Counted from the first letter of the stretch, positions 11,640 through 23,124 are shown. The stretch: DNA of 60,833 nucleotides from Octopus sinensis (GCF_006345805.1 NW_021834897.1:1-60833); one strand, 5' to 3'. Notes: generated from the sequence alone by a model not told the origin. Made by a program: numbers and translations.

Positions 11640-12083
11640 TGCTTGGTGCCACCGATTTCTGAGCGGGAGCACAAAGCTTCCAGTCTTCCGGTCTTCAGGT
11701 CCTGCTCTACAGTTGTGAGACATGGACACTATCCGGGAGTCGTTAAGAGCCGCCTGAACACCTTTGGCACATGGACGCCTCACTGGATTATGGGTTACCA
11801 ATGGTCATATTTCATATGCAACCAACAACCCTACCCAAAGACTGGGATGCCCCCGTTACTTGTAAGATTTGAAAATGCCAGCTCAGAGACTGTTCGGCCA
11901 TGTTCTTCGATTTTCCGAGTTGAACCCTGCTTATCGAGTTCTCTTCACAGAAGATTCGGCTGGATTAATGGCTCGCGTTGGTCGACCACATGTCCAATGA
12001 TCATGACAGATGAAGAGGTTTCTCACGGAGATGGGGCCCGACAGGGACTCTGCCCAACGGATCACCCAGGCGGACCAAGGAAT
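11640..12083 (+). mobile_element. RTE-clade LINE 3' fragment, frameshifted
   Basis: Stitched frames give TKLPVFRS..VLLYSCETWTL..RLNTFG..RLFGHVLRFSELNPAYRVL..GRP, typical of the RTE C-terminus. Confidence 0.8.
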
Positions 12084-12086
12084 ACA

Positions 12087-12468
12087 CCCTTTTCTACTCT
12101 AGGCACAGGGCCCGAAATTTTGGGGGAGGAGGTCAGTCGATTAGTTCGACCCCAGTATGCAACTGCTACTTAATTTATCGATCCCGAAGGATGAAAGGCA
12201 AGTCGACCTCGGCGGAATTTGAACTCATAACGTAACGGCAGACGAAATACCTATTTCTTTACTACCCACAAGGGGCCAAACACAGAGAGGACAAACAAAG
12301 ACAGACAAATGCATTAAGTCGATTATATCGACCCCAGTGCGCAACTGGTACTTATTTAATCGACCCTGAAAGTCGACCTCGGCGGAATTTGAACTCAGAA
12401 CGTAGCGGCAAGACGAAATACCGCTAAGCATTTCGTCCAGCGTACTAACGTCTCTGCCAACTCGCCGA
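12087..12468 (-). mobile_element. SINE family A dimer: head, body+tailA, body+tailB
   Basis: Same AAATAGGTATTTCGTC junction at about 12241-12260; tail B at the left end. Confidence 0.88.
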
Positions 12469-12924
12469 CCAAAGAATATACCGACAAATGATAAATGCAG
12501 CAACACGCTGCAACAACGCATGCGCCGACACCTGGCCAAATCGTACTTTCATACACTCGCCGTCCCATTTGTAATGTAGCCGCATTAGACGCTTAGCAAT
12601 TTTTGCTGTGACATTTAAAGAATAATAAAGAAAGCTCATCTTATACTCCGGCGTATACGGTATCCGTAACCTACACGAATGTTATATTATATCCTACGTG
12701 TAAGAGCGCTCCTGTGTACCACACACCCTGTATTTATCACAGGCAATGCTTTATGTAAGTAAAAATTTGTTAAAAATCGGAATTCGGCAAGGAGATCGGA
12801 AAAACCATCAACGGTTCTAATTGCATATAAATTAAATTTATAAATTTGCTTTTACTAAATCTTCAAAACTGCGTGACCGTACAACTTAGACACTTGCTTT
12901 GTAACCGCGTGGTCCAGTTCCATT

Positions 12925-12927
12925 GAA

Positions 12928-12979
<52 letters not shown>

Positions 12980-13028
12980 CGTGTGTGTGTGTGTGTGTGT
13001 GTGTTGTGTGTGTGTGTGTGTGTGTGCG
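12925..13028. repeat. (TG)n microsatellite
   Basis: Direct reading. Confidence 0.97.
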
Positions 13029-13058
13029 TACGCGTACGAAAGGCTTCTTTCAGTTTCT

Positions 13059-13430
13059 TATTTCTTTACTACCCACAGGGGGCTAAACACAGAGAAGACA
13101 AACAAGGACAGACAAACGGATTAAGTCGATTATATCGACCCCAGTGCGTAACTAGTACTTATTTAATCGACCCCGAAAGGATGAAAGGCAAAGTCGACCT
13201 CGGCGGAATTTGAACTCAGAACGTAACGGCGGACGAAATACGGCTAAGCATTTCGCCGACGTGCTAACGTTTCTGCCAGCTCGCCGCCTTTCAGTTTCTG
13301 TCTACCAAATCCACTCACAAGGCTTTGGTCGGCCCGAGGCTATAGTAGAAGACACTTGCCCAAGGTGCCACGCAGCGGGACTGAACCCGGAACAATATGG
13401 TTGGGAAGCAAGTTTCTTACCAAACAGCCA
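13059..13430 (-). mobile_element. SINE family A (13059-13289) nested in a SINE family C copy
   Basis: Family C sequence GGCTTCTTTCAGTTTC is interrupted at about 13058 and resumes at 13290. Confidence 0.8.
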
Positions 13431-13855
13431 AACTTGTGTGTAAATGCATATGTATATGTGTGTGTATATATGTGTGTATATGAATGTGTGTGTATGTATG
13501 TGTATGTATATATGTATGTATATGAATGTGTGTGTATGTATGTGTGTGTATATGTGTGTGTGTGCGCGCGCGTGTTCTATAAGGGTTGGGTGGTAGAGAT
13601 GAGTAAACAATAAAGAACCTGCTTTGGGTATGCGCAACATTTTTCAAGAAGCGGCCCGCACGAGATAGGCGGGCCGCACTACTAAAAAGAATTCAAGGTA
13701 AATGTTCGCTTCGATGTGTCATTCAGATTGCCCATGACTGGTCTGCGTGGTCTCTTAACTTGCTAGAAATAGCAGCCAACTCTCTCTCAGATTACACCTT
13801 CCCGTCATAGAGGACAGGTAAGTTCACATTGCATGATATCGGCTTACACAACAAG

Positions 13856-14170
13856 ACCGGATGGTCATAGTTGGAGCACTTTTGCACCTATGTCTGCTCG
13901 ATTAAATATGACCTTGGACAAGACGGGATGATCACAACCTGGAGCGCTTTTGAACGTAGGTCTTCTCGATCAAATATGACCATGCGCAAGTAAGGATGAT
14001 CACAGGTTGGAGCGCCTTTGAGCCTGACTGTGCTTCATCAAACATAACCTAGGACAAGATGGATCGGTCACAAGCTGGAGCGCTTTTGAACTTGGCTTTC
14101 TTTGATCAAACATAACTTTGGACAAGTTGGCATGAAGCAAGCTTTGATCCTGTCTCTGCTCGATCAAACA
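13856..14170 (+). repeat. Degenerate ~68-bp tandem repeat, about 4.5 copies
   Basis: GGATG(G/A)TCACA..TGGAGC(G/A)CTTTTG..GATCAAA(T/C)AT(G/A)ACC units at about 13856, 13923, 13992 and 14059. Confidence 0.75.
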
Positions 14171-15064
14171 TGTCCATGGGCTAAACAAAAACGACAACAT
14201 ATATTTGTTCTGTTTGTGTTGATGTTGTGGCGTTGATGCACAGCCCACCGCTGTGTTCTGCGCAGTAGGCGGTCGGTCATTGACTGCCGTCTTCCTCTGC
14301 CTCTCCCACTTGTAATCCAGTCATAATTCTGTTTCCTTTTTGAACAACAGGCGGCAGCACCGGCAGCACGTGCAGCAGCGAAAGCCGTAACAAGAGAAGA
14401 AACAGCCGCTTAATCAACGCTGAGTGATTGGAGCGGAATGTGAACAGACCAAACAGGAGGGGGAGTGCTCCAACCCACAAACAATAGCAGCAGCACCACC
14501 ACCACCACCACCAACACCACCAGCACCACCACGGCCGCCAACAACAACAACAACAACAGCCGTTCAAGAATTTGGACCTGGAGATCTCCATTTCCAGCGA
14601 CTTCGAGGGGCCACCTCCCAGTGGTGTCGGGCGTCAACGAAGAGCCCTCGACTGCAACAAGACGACCAAAGTTTTTTTTCCCTTTTCCAAGGTCTGGGGT
14701 CTCCCACCCCCCTAAGTCCTAGACCATCACCTAATCACCCTTACCCATCTTGTTGCTTAACAACAACCACCACCACCACCACAACAACAGCAACAAAAAC
14801 AATTACAATAACAAAAACAATTGCAATAACAACAACAATAACAACAACGACCAGCCTATTTTCGTTAAACTTTCTCCGTCTTCTGCGACTCCTCTCCAAC
14901 TTTTCGTTAAATGACCTCCTTGCCATTATATACTATAAACTCCCTTTTTGTGTGCAGAAGATAAAAACTGTCATTCAAACGTTTCTAAACCACGCATCAG
15001 CAAAACCTTCAACTATGTCTGCTATGAAACAGTCGCGACTTCTGATATGTCTGTAAATGAGGCT

Positions 15065-15300
15065 TCCGATGAGCTAAAATTCTTTTATCTTTTACTTGTT
15101 TCAGTCATTTGTCTATGGCCATGCTGGAGCACAGTCTTGAAGAAATTTTAGTCAAATGAATCGACCTCAGCACTTATTTTTTTAAAAGCATGATACTTAT
15201 GCTATTAGTTTTTTTGCTGAACCGCTAAGTTACAGGGACGTAAACACCCTAACACCAGTTGTCAAGCGATGGTGGGAGCAGACATAAACACACACACACA
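15065..15300 (-). mobile_element. SINE family C, 3' half
   Basis: TTTTACTTGTTTCAGTCATT..GGCCATGCTGGAGCAC..GAACCGCTAAGTTAC. Confidence 0.8.
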
Positions 15301-15331
15301 CGTATATATATATATGTGTGTATGTATGTGT

Positions 15332-15644
15332 GAAGGTGCGTGGCTTAGTGGTTAGGGTAATCAGTTTACGATCGTAAGGTCTTGAGTTCAATTCCCGGCG
15401 GCGCGTTGAGCAAGACACTTTATTACATGTTTCTCCAGTCCACTCACCTGGCAAAAATAAGTTGTACCTGCAATTCAAAGGAGCAAGCCTTGTCAATTCT
15501 GTGTCACACTGAATCTCCCTAAGAACTATGTTAAGGGGTACATGTGTCTGCGGAGTGCTCAGCCACTTGCACATTAATTTCACGAGCAAGCTGTTCCGTT
15601 GATCGTTTCAGCTGGGATCCTCGTCGTCGTAACCGACGGAGTGC
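15332..15644 (+). mobile_element. tRNA-derived SINE with CORE-like centre and family-B 3' domain
   Basis: TGGCTTAGTGG A box, GAGTTCAATTCC B box, TTGAGCAAGACACTT, 3' CGTCGTCGTAACCGACGGAGTG. Confidence 0.85.
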
Positions 15645-15648
15645 GCCT

Positions 15649-15711
<63 letters not shown>

Positions 15712-16213
15712 TATATATATATAGATATATATATATATATATATATATATGTATTTATTTATATTCTCTTGTCTTGTCTTTTACTGTTTATATTTTATGC
15801 TGTCGTTACTGTCCTGTTTTGTTACCATTTTTACCCCTCCGCAAAAAAATCTCAATTTTATTTAATTTGATTTTCGCGGGAAGGATTGTTTCATTAAATT
15901 CCTGTATCGTCTTGATCTTCGAAACGTGGAGTATATGAAACAAAGGCGACTGAAGAAGGGGAATTTTCCTGTTTGTATGTCATACTCTATTTTTTTCTTG
16001 TTTAGAAAATGTCCCTTTCCTTGGTTTTGTGTTTATGTTTTGTTTCTCATTGTGTTCGACGTTTTTTGGTGTCCTGTACCCATATATGCCTGTATATAAG
16101 CTGTAAGGTAGGTACGTATATATTATGTAATATGCATATGTTTTATTTATTATCTATATTATATATATATATATATATATATCTATATATATATATATAT
16201 ATATTATGTATAT

Positions 16214-16459
16214 ATATTGGGTTGGTGCAAATTACTGCGGCTTCTTTCAACAATTTATGAACAAAAACAATAACAATTTTAACACAAACATCTTTAAATG
16301 ACGGTCTAACCTTCTGCAAACAATGAGAAGCAATAGCTGAAGTAGATGGTGAATATGCTCCGGAATAATCATTTAAAGATGTTTTTGTTGCATGTCGTTT
16401 TTGTTTTTGTTGGATAAAATTTGTTGAAGAAAAGCCGCAATAATTATGCACCATATCAA
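16214..16459 (+). mobile_element. Mariner-like MITE (internally deleted)
   Basis: ~40-bp imperfect TIRs TATTGGGTTGGTGCAAATTACTGCGGC / GCCGCAATAATTATGCACCATATCAATA, TA flanks, residual ..EAIAEVDGEYAPE* transposase C-terminus. Confidence 0.8.
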
Positions 16460-16472
16460 TATATATATTATA

Positions 16473-17497
16473 CTAGCATTAAAAACCCGTCGTTGCCGGG
16501 TCATAGTGCTAGTGCATGTATATATGTGTATATATATGTGTACATATCCATGTACATCTATATATATACATCTACACATAAAATACAATACAAAGTTATA
16601 TCTTGATATGGCTAGTGATAACAATATTCAAAATATATAACAGACTGGAATTGTTAGCCCGTCTCTAGTAATTTCGATCAATTGTATTTTGTCCTCCCTC
16701 TTGTATAGAAGTGTGGCTACAATCCAGCCTACCTCTACTTCGCGGGGGGGGCATTTAAAATTTTTTTCCGGCGTCCTATGTCCCAGATATAAAGGTAAAA
16801 ATAAAATATTTCCACTTTGCAAGTTCGAGTCGAGTACTCCCTTGCACGCTCCGTTGACTCGAACCTTGCTTCTATTGTGGCGAATTTACCACCTCTGATT
16901 AGATGTCTTTCATAGTCGCACCAAGACACTTTTCGAAGGTGCTTTCCTCCATGTGTTCAAATCTTTTTTCTCTACATTGTATACTTTATAGACAATAGTC
17001 TTTTCTTTAATTTAATTTTTTATTATCCATCTGGACTATTCCATTTCTGCACGCTAATTTTATTTTTAATTTATTCCCATTCATGTGAAACCATTTATTC
17101 AAGTTCAAGTCATTGATGCAATTTTATACCAATTGCTATTTTTACTTTTTTTTATGTTACGATTATATTATACTTTAGTTTGATTTTAATTATTACTTAC
17201 TACATATAATTCAATTGTTATAATTATTTTTATTGTTAAAGTGAAAGTATCTGACATAAAATAGAGAAACGTTTTTGTTTCACTTTTAACACGTAATACT
17301 GAAATAGTGGAGAAGATATGATACTGCTATGGACTCGCTCTAGGCAAGAAGTTGAACATTTTTGCCCATGAAACTACATGGACCCTAAGTAAGGCATGTG
17401 TAAAATTTGAATGAAATTGGTTGTGTAGTTCTCAAGTTTTAGGGAAACACACAGACAGACAGACACACACACATTCTCAGTTTTATATATATAAAGA
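16473..17497 (-). mobile_element. Non-autonomous Helitron-like element
   Basis: Minus strand: 5' A|TCTTTATATATATAAAAC; 3' hairpin CCCGGCAACGACGGG then CTAG|T. That the interior belongs to one element is inferred. Confidence 0.6.
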
Positions 17498-17504
17498 TAT
17501 TAGA

Positions 17505-17640
17505 CAAGTTTCTTTCAGTTTCTGTCTACCAAATCCACTCACAAGGATTTGGTCGGCCCGACGCTATAGAAGACACTGAAGTGTCCATACAGTGGGACTG
17601 AGCCCAGAACCATGTGGTTGGGAAGCAAACTTCTTACTTG
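17505..17640 (-). mobile_element. SINE family C, 5' fragment
   Basis: TTTCAGTTTCTGTCTACCAAATCCACTCACAAGG..ACCATGTGGTTGGGAAGC. Confidence 0.8.
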
Positions 17641-18203
17641 TAACTTCTATATTAATTATTTATAGAAAAGAGAATGAATGGGATTTTCGTCATCACCACA
17701 CAAAACTACGTCAAATGTACAATTTTAAAATTTATTCGGGTGAAAATTGGAAAAACTTCAAATGGTTGGAAGAAATTTAACAAGATCCGAATCTCCTATG
17801 AAATCTTCTAATTTATAATCTCCGCCCATCTCTGTTCTCTTAGATCAGTCAGCACGTGTCAAATTGGTACCATCTCAGATCGTACCATCTTGGCATGCGT
17901 TGACAGAGTTCTTTCCATCCTGCTCGTCGTTAATTTCTCTGTGCTCTCAGATTTCCTCTCCATCCGCCCAGTTTCCTTCCAAACATTCAATGGAACACTT
18001 GCCACTCTCGTGCAGACGACAGAAGCCTTAATTCCTTGCAAAATCTTTTTCCAAACTACGCATCGTCCTCCCATCCCAACATCCACACGCAGACCCAGAC
18101 GACAACTTATTAACCCTACCCTGATTCCAAGAACAAAGACCGGCAAGTATAACAAACGAAAGAAATGTCGCTAAGACACTTTATTACATGTTTCTCCAAT
18201 CAA

Positions 18204-18747
18204 TGGCTCTCATAGCTTCTGATCTTAACTGATTGGAAGTGTTATCATGTACATTGTTTTGTCTTGGTATAAAAGATGGGCTACAGCAAATATTCTGCTC
18301 AATACCACAGATTTGCTTGTCAGTTGTTTGACCTTAACCAGTTGAGCATGTCCCTTAGTGGCTGACGATATGTGCATCTCTGATCATGAGCAGAAGTAGT
18401 AGAGGAGCATCATAGCCATGTGTTGAGAGGGATGGATTCTTTGGGGTTTGAATTATTCACCTCTGGGAACATGGGTGTTTCATTCAACATCCTTAAACAA
18501 CCCTTATTCAGGGACCATTTGAGCGGGATGGGTTACTCGACCAGAAGCAAACTCTAACTGGGCTCCACCTGCAAGGTCATGCGCTGTTTATCTTGATATG
18601 TGATCACCATGTCACGCACACATGGTTGTGATGCATGTGCCTGGTGTACCTTTATCAGACGGGTAATCATGATGGGTATACTGGGCTTTGTATATTTTAC
18701 CCCAGTGTCACTTTGATGGCATGCGCTGCTCTCTCTCTCTCTCACCC
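18204..18747 (+). mobile_element. ~560-bp non-coding (AAT)n-associated retro-like element, 5'-truncated
   Basis: Near-identical to 32514-33072, 35692-36211, 43953-44495 and 56011-56344; ends CTCTCAC(T/C)C followed by (AAT)n. Confidence 0.9.
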
Positions 18748-18797
<50 letters not shown>

Positions 18798-18810
18798 CAA
18801 TGACAATAAC

Positions 18811-18875
<65 letters not shown>

Positions 18876-18906
18876 TGATGATGATGATGATAATAATATA
18901 GCAATA

Positions 18907-19420
18907 TAGCAAGGATTGTCCATTGGACACTTTGCAACAAGTATGAACTTGACAAGAGCAAAAAAGTGGTACGAACATAAACCCGAATGAATTATCGGAA
19001 GTGATAATGCAAAGATCCTATGGGATTTTATGATTCAGTGCGGCCATGAGAAAGGGCATAGGAAACCAGGCATAGTCTTAGTTGAGAAAGAAAGCAAACG
19101 ATGCTGGATCATAGATATAGCATACCCAGCTAACAACAAGGTATGCAATAAGGAAGAGAGAAAAGTCGACAGATATAACAGGTTAGCTGGGGAAGTTAAG
19201 CACTTGTGGTCAATGAAAAAGGTGGTAGTAGTACCAATAATTGTCGGAGCGCTGGGAACGGTGAGTAAAAGTCTTAAGAAGTACATGGAACCAATAGGGG
19301 CTGCAATAAGGGTGGAGCATTTGCAGAAAACAGCACTGCTTGGAACCGCTCGAATACTTCGGAAGATGCTCGAAAAATAAGAGGTGTTACCTTAGTTCAC
19401 TGACACTGTAGTACAAAGGC
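18907..19420 (+). mobile_element. R4/Dong-like non-LTR retrotransposon 3' fragment (restriction-like endonuclease domain)
   Basis: KWYEHKPE..KILWDF.IQC..RKPGIVLVEK..CWIIDIA..K..RY..VVPIIVGALG..LQKTALLGTARILRK; the PD motif reads PG; (AAT)n on both sides. Confidence 0.9.
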
Positions 19421-19430
19421 AATAATAATA

Positions 19431-19466
<36 letters not shown>

Positions 19467-19768
19467 TAATAATAATAATAATGATAATAATAATAATAAT
19501 AATAACAACAACAACAACAATAATAATAATAATAATAATAGTTTCAGCATTATCAACAACGACGACGATACGAATGATGTTACTGATAATGATAATGGCG
19601 ATGATGATGATGATTGAGGAGGAGAGGAGGGGAGAAGGGAGAGGAAGGGCTTGAGTAGCCCATCCCGCACAAAAGGTCCCTGAATAAGGATTGTTTAAGG
19701 ACGTTGAACGAACCACCCATGTTTCCAAAGGTGAATTATCCATTATGATTATTATATAATCATCATCA

Positions 19769-19812
<44 letters not shown>

Positions 19813-19866
19813 GTGATGATGATGATGACGACGACGACGACGACGATAACGATGATGATGATGATA

Positions 19867-19897
<31 letters not shown>

Positions 19898-20093
19898 CGA
19901 CGACGACGACGATGATGATGATGATGATGATAATGATGACGACGATGATGACGACGACGATAATGATGATGATGATGATGACGACGACGACGATGATGAC
20001 GACGACGACGATGATGATGATAATGATGATTATGATGATGACGACGACGACGACGACGATGACGATGATGATGATGATGATGACGACGACGAC

Positions 20094-20128
<35 letters not shown>

Positions 20129-20155
20129 CGACGATGATGATGATGATGATGAACA
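19421..20155. repeat. Long (AAT)/(GAT)/(GAC) microsatellite block
   Basis: Direct reading; includes a short fragment of the 560-bp element at about 19650-19740. Confidence 0.95.
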
Positions 20156-20563
20156 TAGTTGAACACGTCGTTGACTTCTTAAAGACCTTTAACATACTTC
20201 ATCGTATATTTTGGTAGCGTAACGAAATACGGCGTCCGCTCAGGTCATTAGTATTTACTTGTTCAGCTTCCAGGAATGTGTTTAATATGGAAAATTGGCG
20301 TATCCGATAACACTACACCGATGTATATTGTGGCTATTTAAGCAATGGGTTTCTGAATAATTAATGGGTTGGATGGGTGCGGATGAAGGGGCTAAAAATC
20401 CTGAAATGAGCCAATTCTTGCAAGGAATATCGAGACCCTCGTCACAACATCTCCTCTTGTGAGATTTCGACTTCCGTGGGTAACGAAATTTATTTTATCG
20501 CTAGCTGAATGACCCGGCATTGTCCAGGTTACTAAACAATAAATATAAAGGTATATTCTCATA

Positions 20564-20909
20564 TTACGGAGATGTACTTGCATAGCAAGTGATTTGATCT
20601 GAGATCGTGTGCTGAAACGAAAACAATTGCAGCGTGGAAGGTGTTAGTAAGCCATTTAAGAAACACACAAAAGCCGTTCGATTCACTTCAACATTTAAGT
20701 TTAATTTGTCAAAATATTTTCGTCGCTTTAAGACCGCGACCTGTTCACTGACAAAATCCGAGATGCAGCACGGATTTTTGTCAGTGAACAGGTCACGGTC
20801 TTAAAGCGACGAAAGTATTTGACAAATTAAACTTAAATGTTGAAGTGAACCGAACGGCTTTTGTGTGTTTCTTAAATGGCTTACTAACACCTTCCACGCT
20901 GCAATTGTT
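20564..20909. mobile_element. Fold-back element with 140-bp inverted arms and 12-bp TSD
   Basis: Arms 20621-20760 and 20771-20910; TATATTCTCATA at 20552-20563 and 20910-20921. Confidence 0.9.
20705..20755 (-). ncRNA. Candidate type-I hammerhead ribozyme with G3:C8 covariation
   Basis: Minus strand: UUUGUCA GUGAACA G GUCGC-GGUCUUAAA-GCGAC GAAA AUAUUU^UGACAAA; 7-bp stem I, 5-bp stem II, palindromic AAUAUU stem III. Confidence 0.6.
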
Positions 20910-21088
20910 TATATTCTCATAATTATTTCAAAATATGTATATTTTATTTTTAAAATATCCAAATTGCATTCATAATAGAATTTCGAACAGGAAATCTGTC
21001 AATAATACACTTCTATATTTAAGAGATGAGGAATTATTTACATTATTTACATTATTGACGGATATTTGTCCTCATCTTGTTTGTTGTT

Positions 21089-21134
21089 AACACAACGTTT
21101 CGGCTGATATACCCTCCAGCCTTCATCAGGTGTC
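21089..21134 (-). ncRNA. Minimal type-I hammerhead ribozyme motif (Penelope-type)
   Basis: Minus strand: GACAC CUGAUGA A GGCUG-GAGGGUAUAU-CAGCC GAAAC GUU^GUGUU. Confidence 0.8.
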
Positions 21135-21174
21135 TTGCGCAGATGTTGAACCTAAGGTATTTTTCGATGTTGCT

Positions 21175-21570
<396 letters not shown>

Positions 21571-22126
21571 TCACTGCCTGGAATCGAGCTCAGAATCTTG
21601 GGGTTAGTAGCCATGCTCTTAACCACTGGACAAGATTGTCTTAATATTTTCTAACAGTAAGTTGGTGAGCTGGCAGAATCGTTAGCACGACGGGGAAAAT
21701 GCTTAGCGACATTTCGTCTGTTTTCACGTTCAAATTCTGCCGAGGTCGACAGAGTCGATAAATTAAGTACCAGTGAAACACTGAGGTCGATGTGGTTGTC
21801 TAGTCCCTTCCCACCAAATTTCAAGCCTTGTGCAAAATGCTTAGTGGCATTTCGTCTGTCTTTACATTCTGAGTTCAAATTCTGTTGAAACTGACATCGC
21901 CTTTTATCCTTTCGGGGTCGATAAATAAGTACCAGTTGAACACTGGGTTCGATGTAATCGACTCATTCCCTACCCCGAAATTGCTGTTCTCGTGCCAAAA
22001 TTTAAAGTGACCATTTACACACATCCTTAGCAATTCGATTTTCTATACCGCACCTATGTCCATCTTCAGTGGTAATCCATCAATGTCCTTTAGATATGCG
22101 ATCGTATGTTATTCCGGTTTCGTTAA

Positions 22127-22732
22127 TCTATCTATATAAAACTCAACTTGTGTGTCTGTGTGTGTATCTGTGTGTGTGTCTCTGTGTGTTTAACTTCCCG
22201 GCGCATCTCCTCCTAGCCAACAAATCGTAGAACCACCAAAAATGGGTCATTTAAAGTTTAGGCGAATGAAAATTGAACTGCGCTATTTCTGTTCCGAAAT
22301 CCATCTCGCAAGTGCAAAAATCGATAATGTGTTTGTTTAGGCCTTATCCCATGCATTGAATAGTGAACTTTACTCAGTCAGCTGTTTGACGTGAACTGTG
22401 TTCACCGCGCGTGCAAGCATGCGTAAATTGCATGAAAAATAAAAAATCAAGATATAAAAACGAGTCGCCGTAAACATTGTAGAAATTCGGCAAAGAAATG
22501 AATTTTCGGGATGTAACCTAGAGGATTTTTTCGTATTAATCGTTTGGACTTTGTGAACACATACCAATTGTTTTCATAGCATTTTTAACGCTTTGAATTA
22601 AATGTGACCATTTTGCGTTGAGTCTGCAGTTTGAATCACTTTAACCAAATTTTAGCAGGCCGGATTTTTGATCATCACGATACATCGCCAGCGACACCCT
22701 GAAATCCCCGTAGAGCCGGGCAATGCTGCTAG
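22127..22732 (+). mobile_element. Non-autonomous Helitron-like element, copy 1
   Basis: A|TCTATCTATATAAAA ... CCCG-TAGAGC-CGGG hairpin ... CTAG|T. Confidence 0.85.
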
Positions 22733-23124
22733 TTACCAATAAAATGGTATTACACATTTTTTTAGCTGCCAGAATATTTATAATCCAACAAGCTGATGAA
22801 AATAATTCCTCGTCTTTTATAATTCGTCTCTTTTCACAACATTAAAGTCATTTGATATGGTTTGGCCGATAATTGCAACAGTATCGTCATTTTGTTTTTA
22901 TCCTGAAGAAGAATGGCGTCAGTTTCATTATGAACGGTCTGGTGGACTGTCTGTCTGTCTGTTTGTCTGTCTGTTTCTGTCTGTCTGTCTGGCTATCCTC
23001 TTGTATCTCTGTCTGTCTGTCTGTCTGTCTTGCTATCCTCTTGTATCTGTCTTTATCTGTCTCTGTCTGCTGCCTGTCTTTTTCTGTCCGTACACATGTC
23101 TGTTTGTCTCTCTTTCTTTCTGTC

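Noticed and set aside
15876-15970. CGAAACGT and CTGAAGAAGGGG motifs near each other (also 4426)
   Set aside because: Wrong order and spacing for a hammerhead, GUG triplet, and no closing GAAA after the core.
17859-18174. Overlapping 94-aa (+) and 98-aa (-) ORFs in non-simple sequence
   Set aside because: No recognisable motif or splice context; may be a retroelement remnant but cannot be assigned.
18355-18400. CTGACGA inside the 560-bp element
   Set aside because: Followed by GAAG rather than GAAA, with no stem II closing pair.
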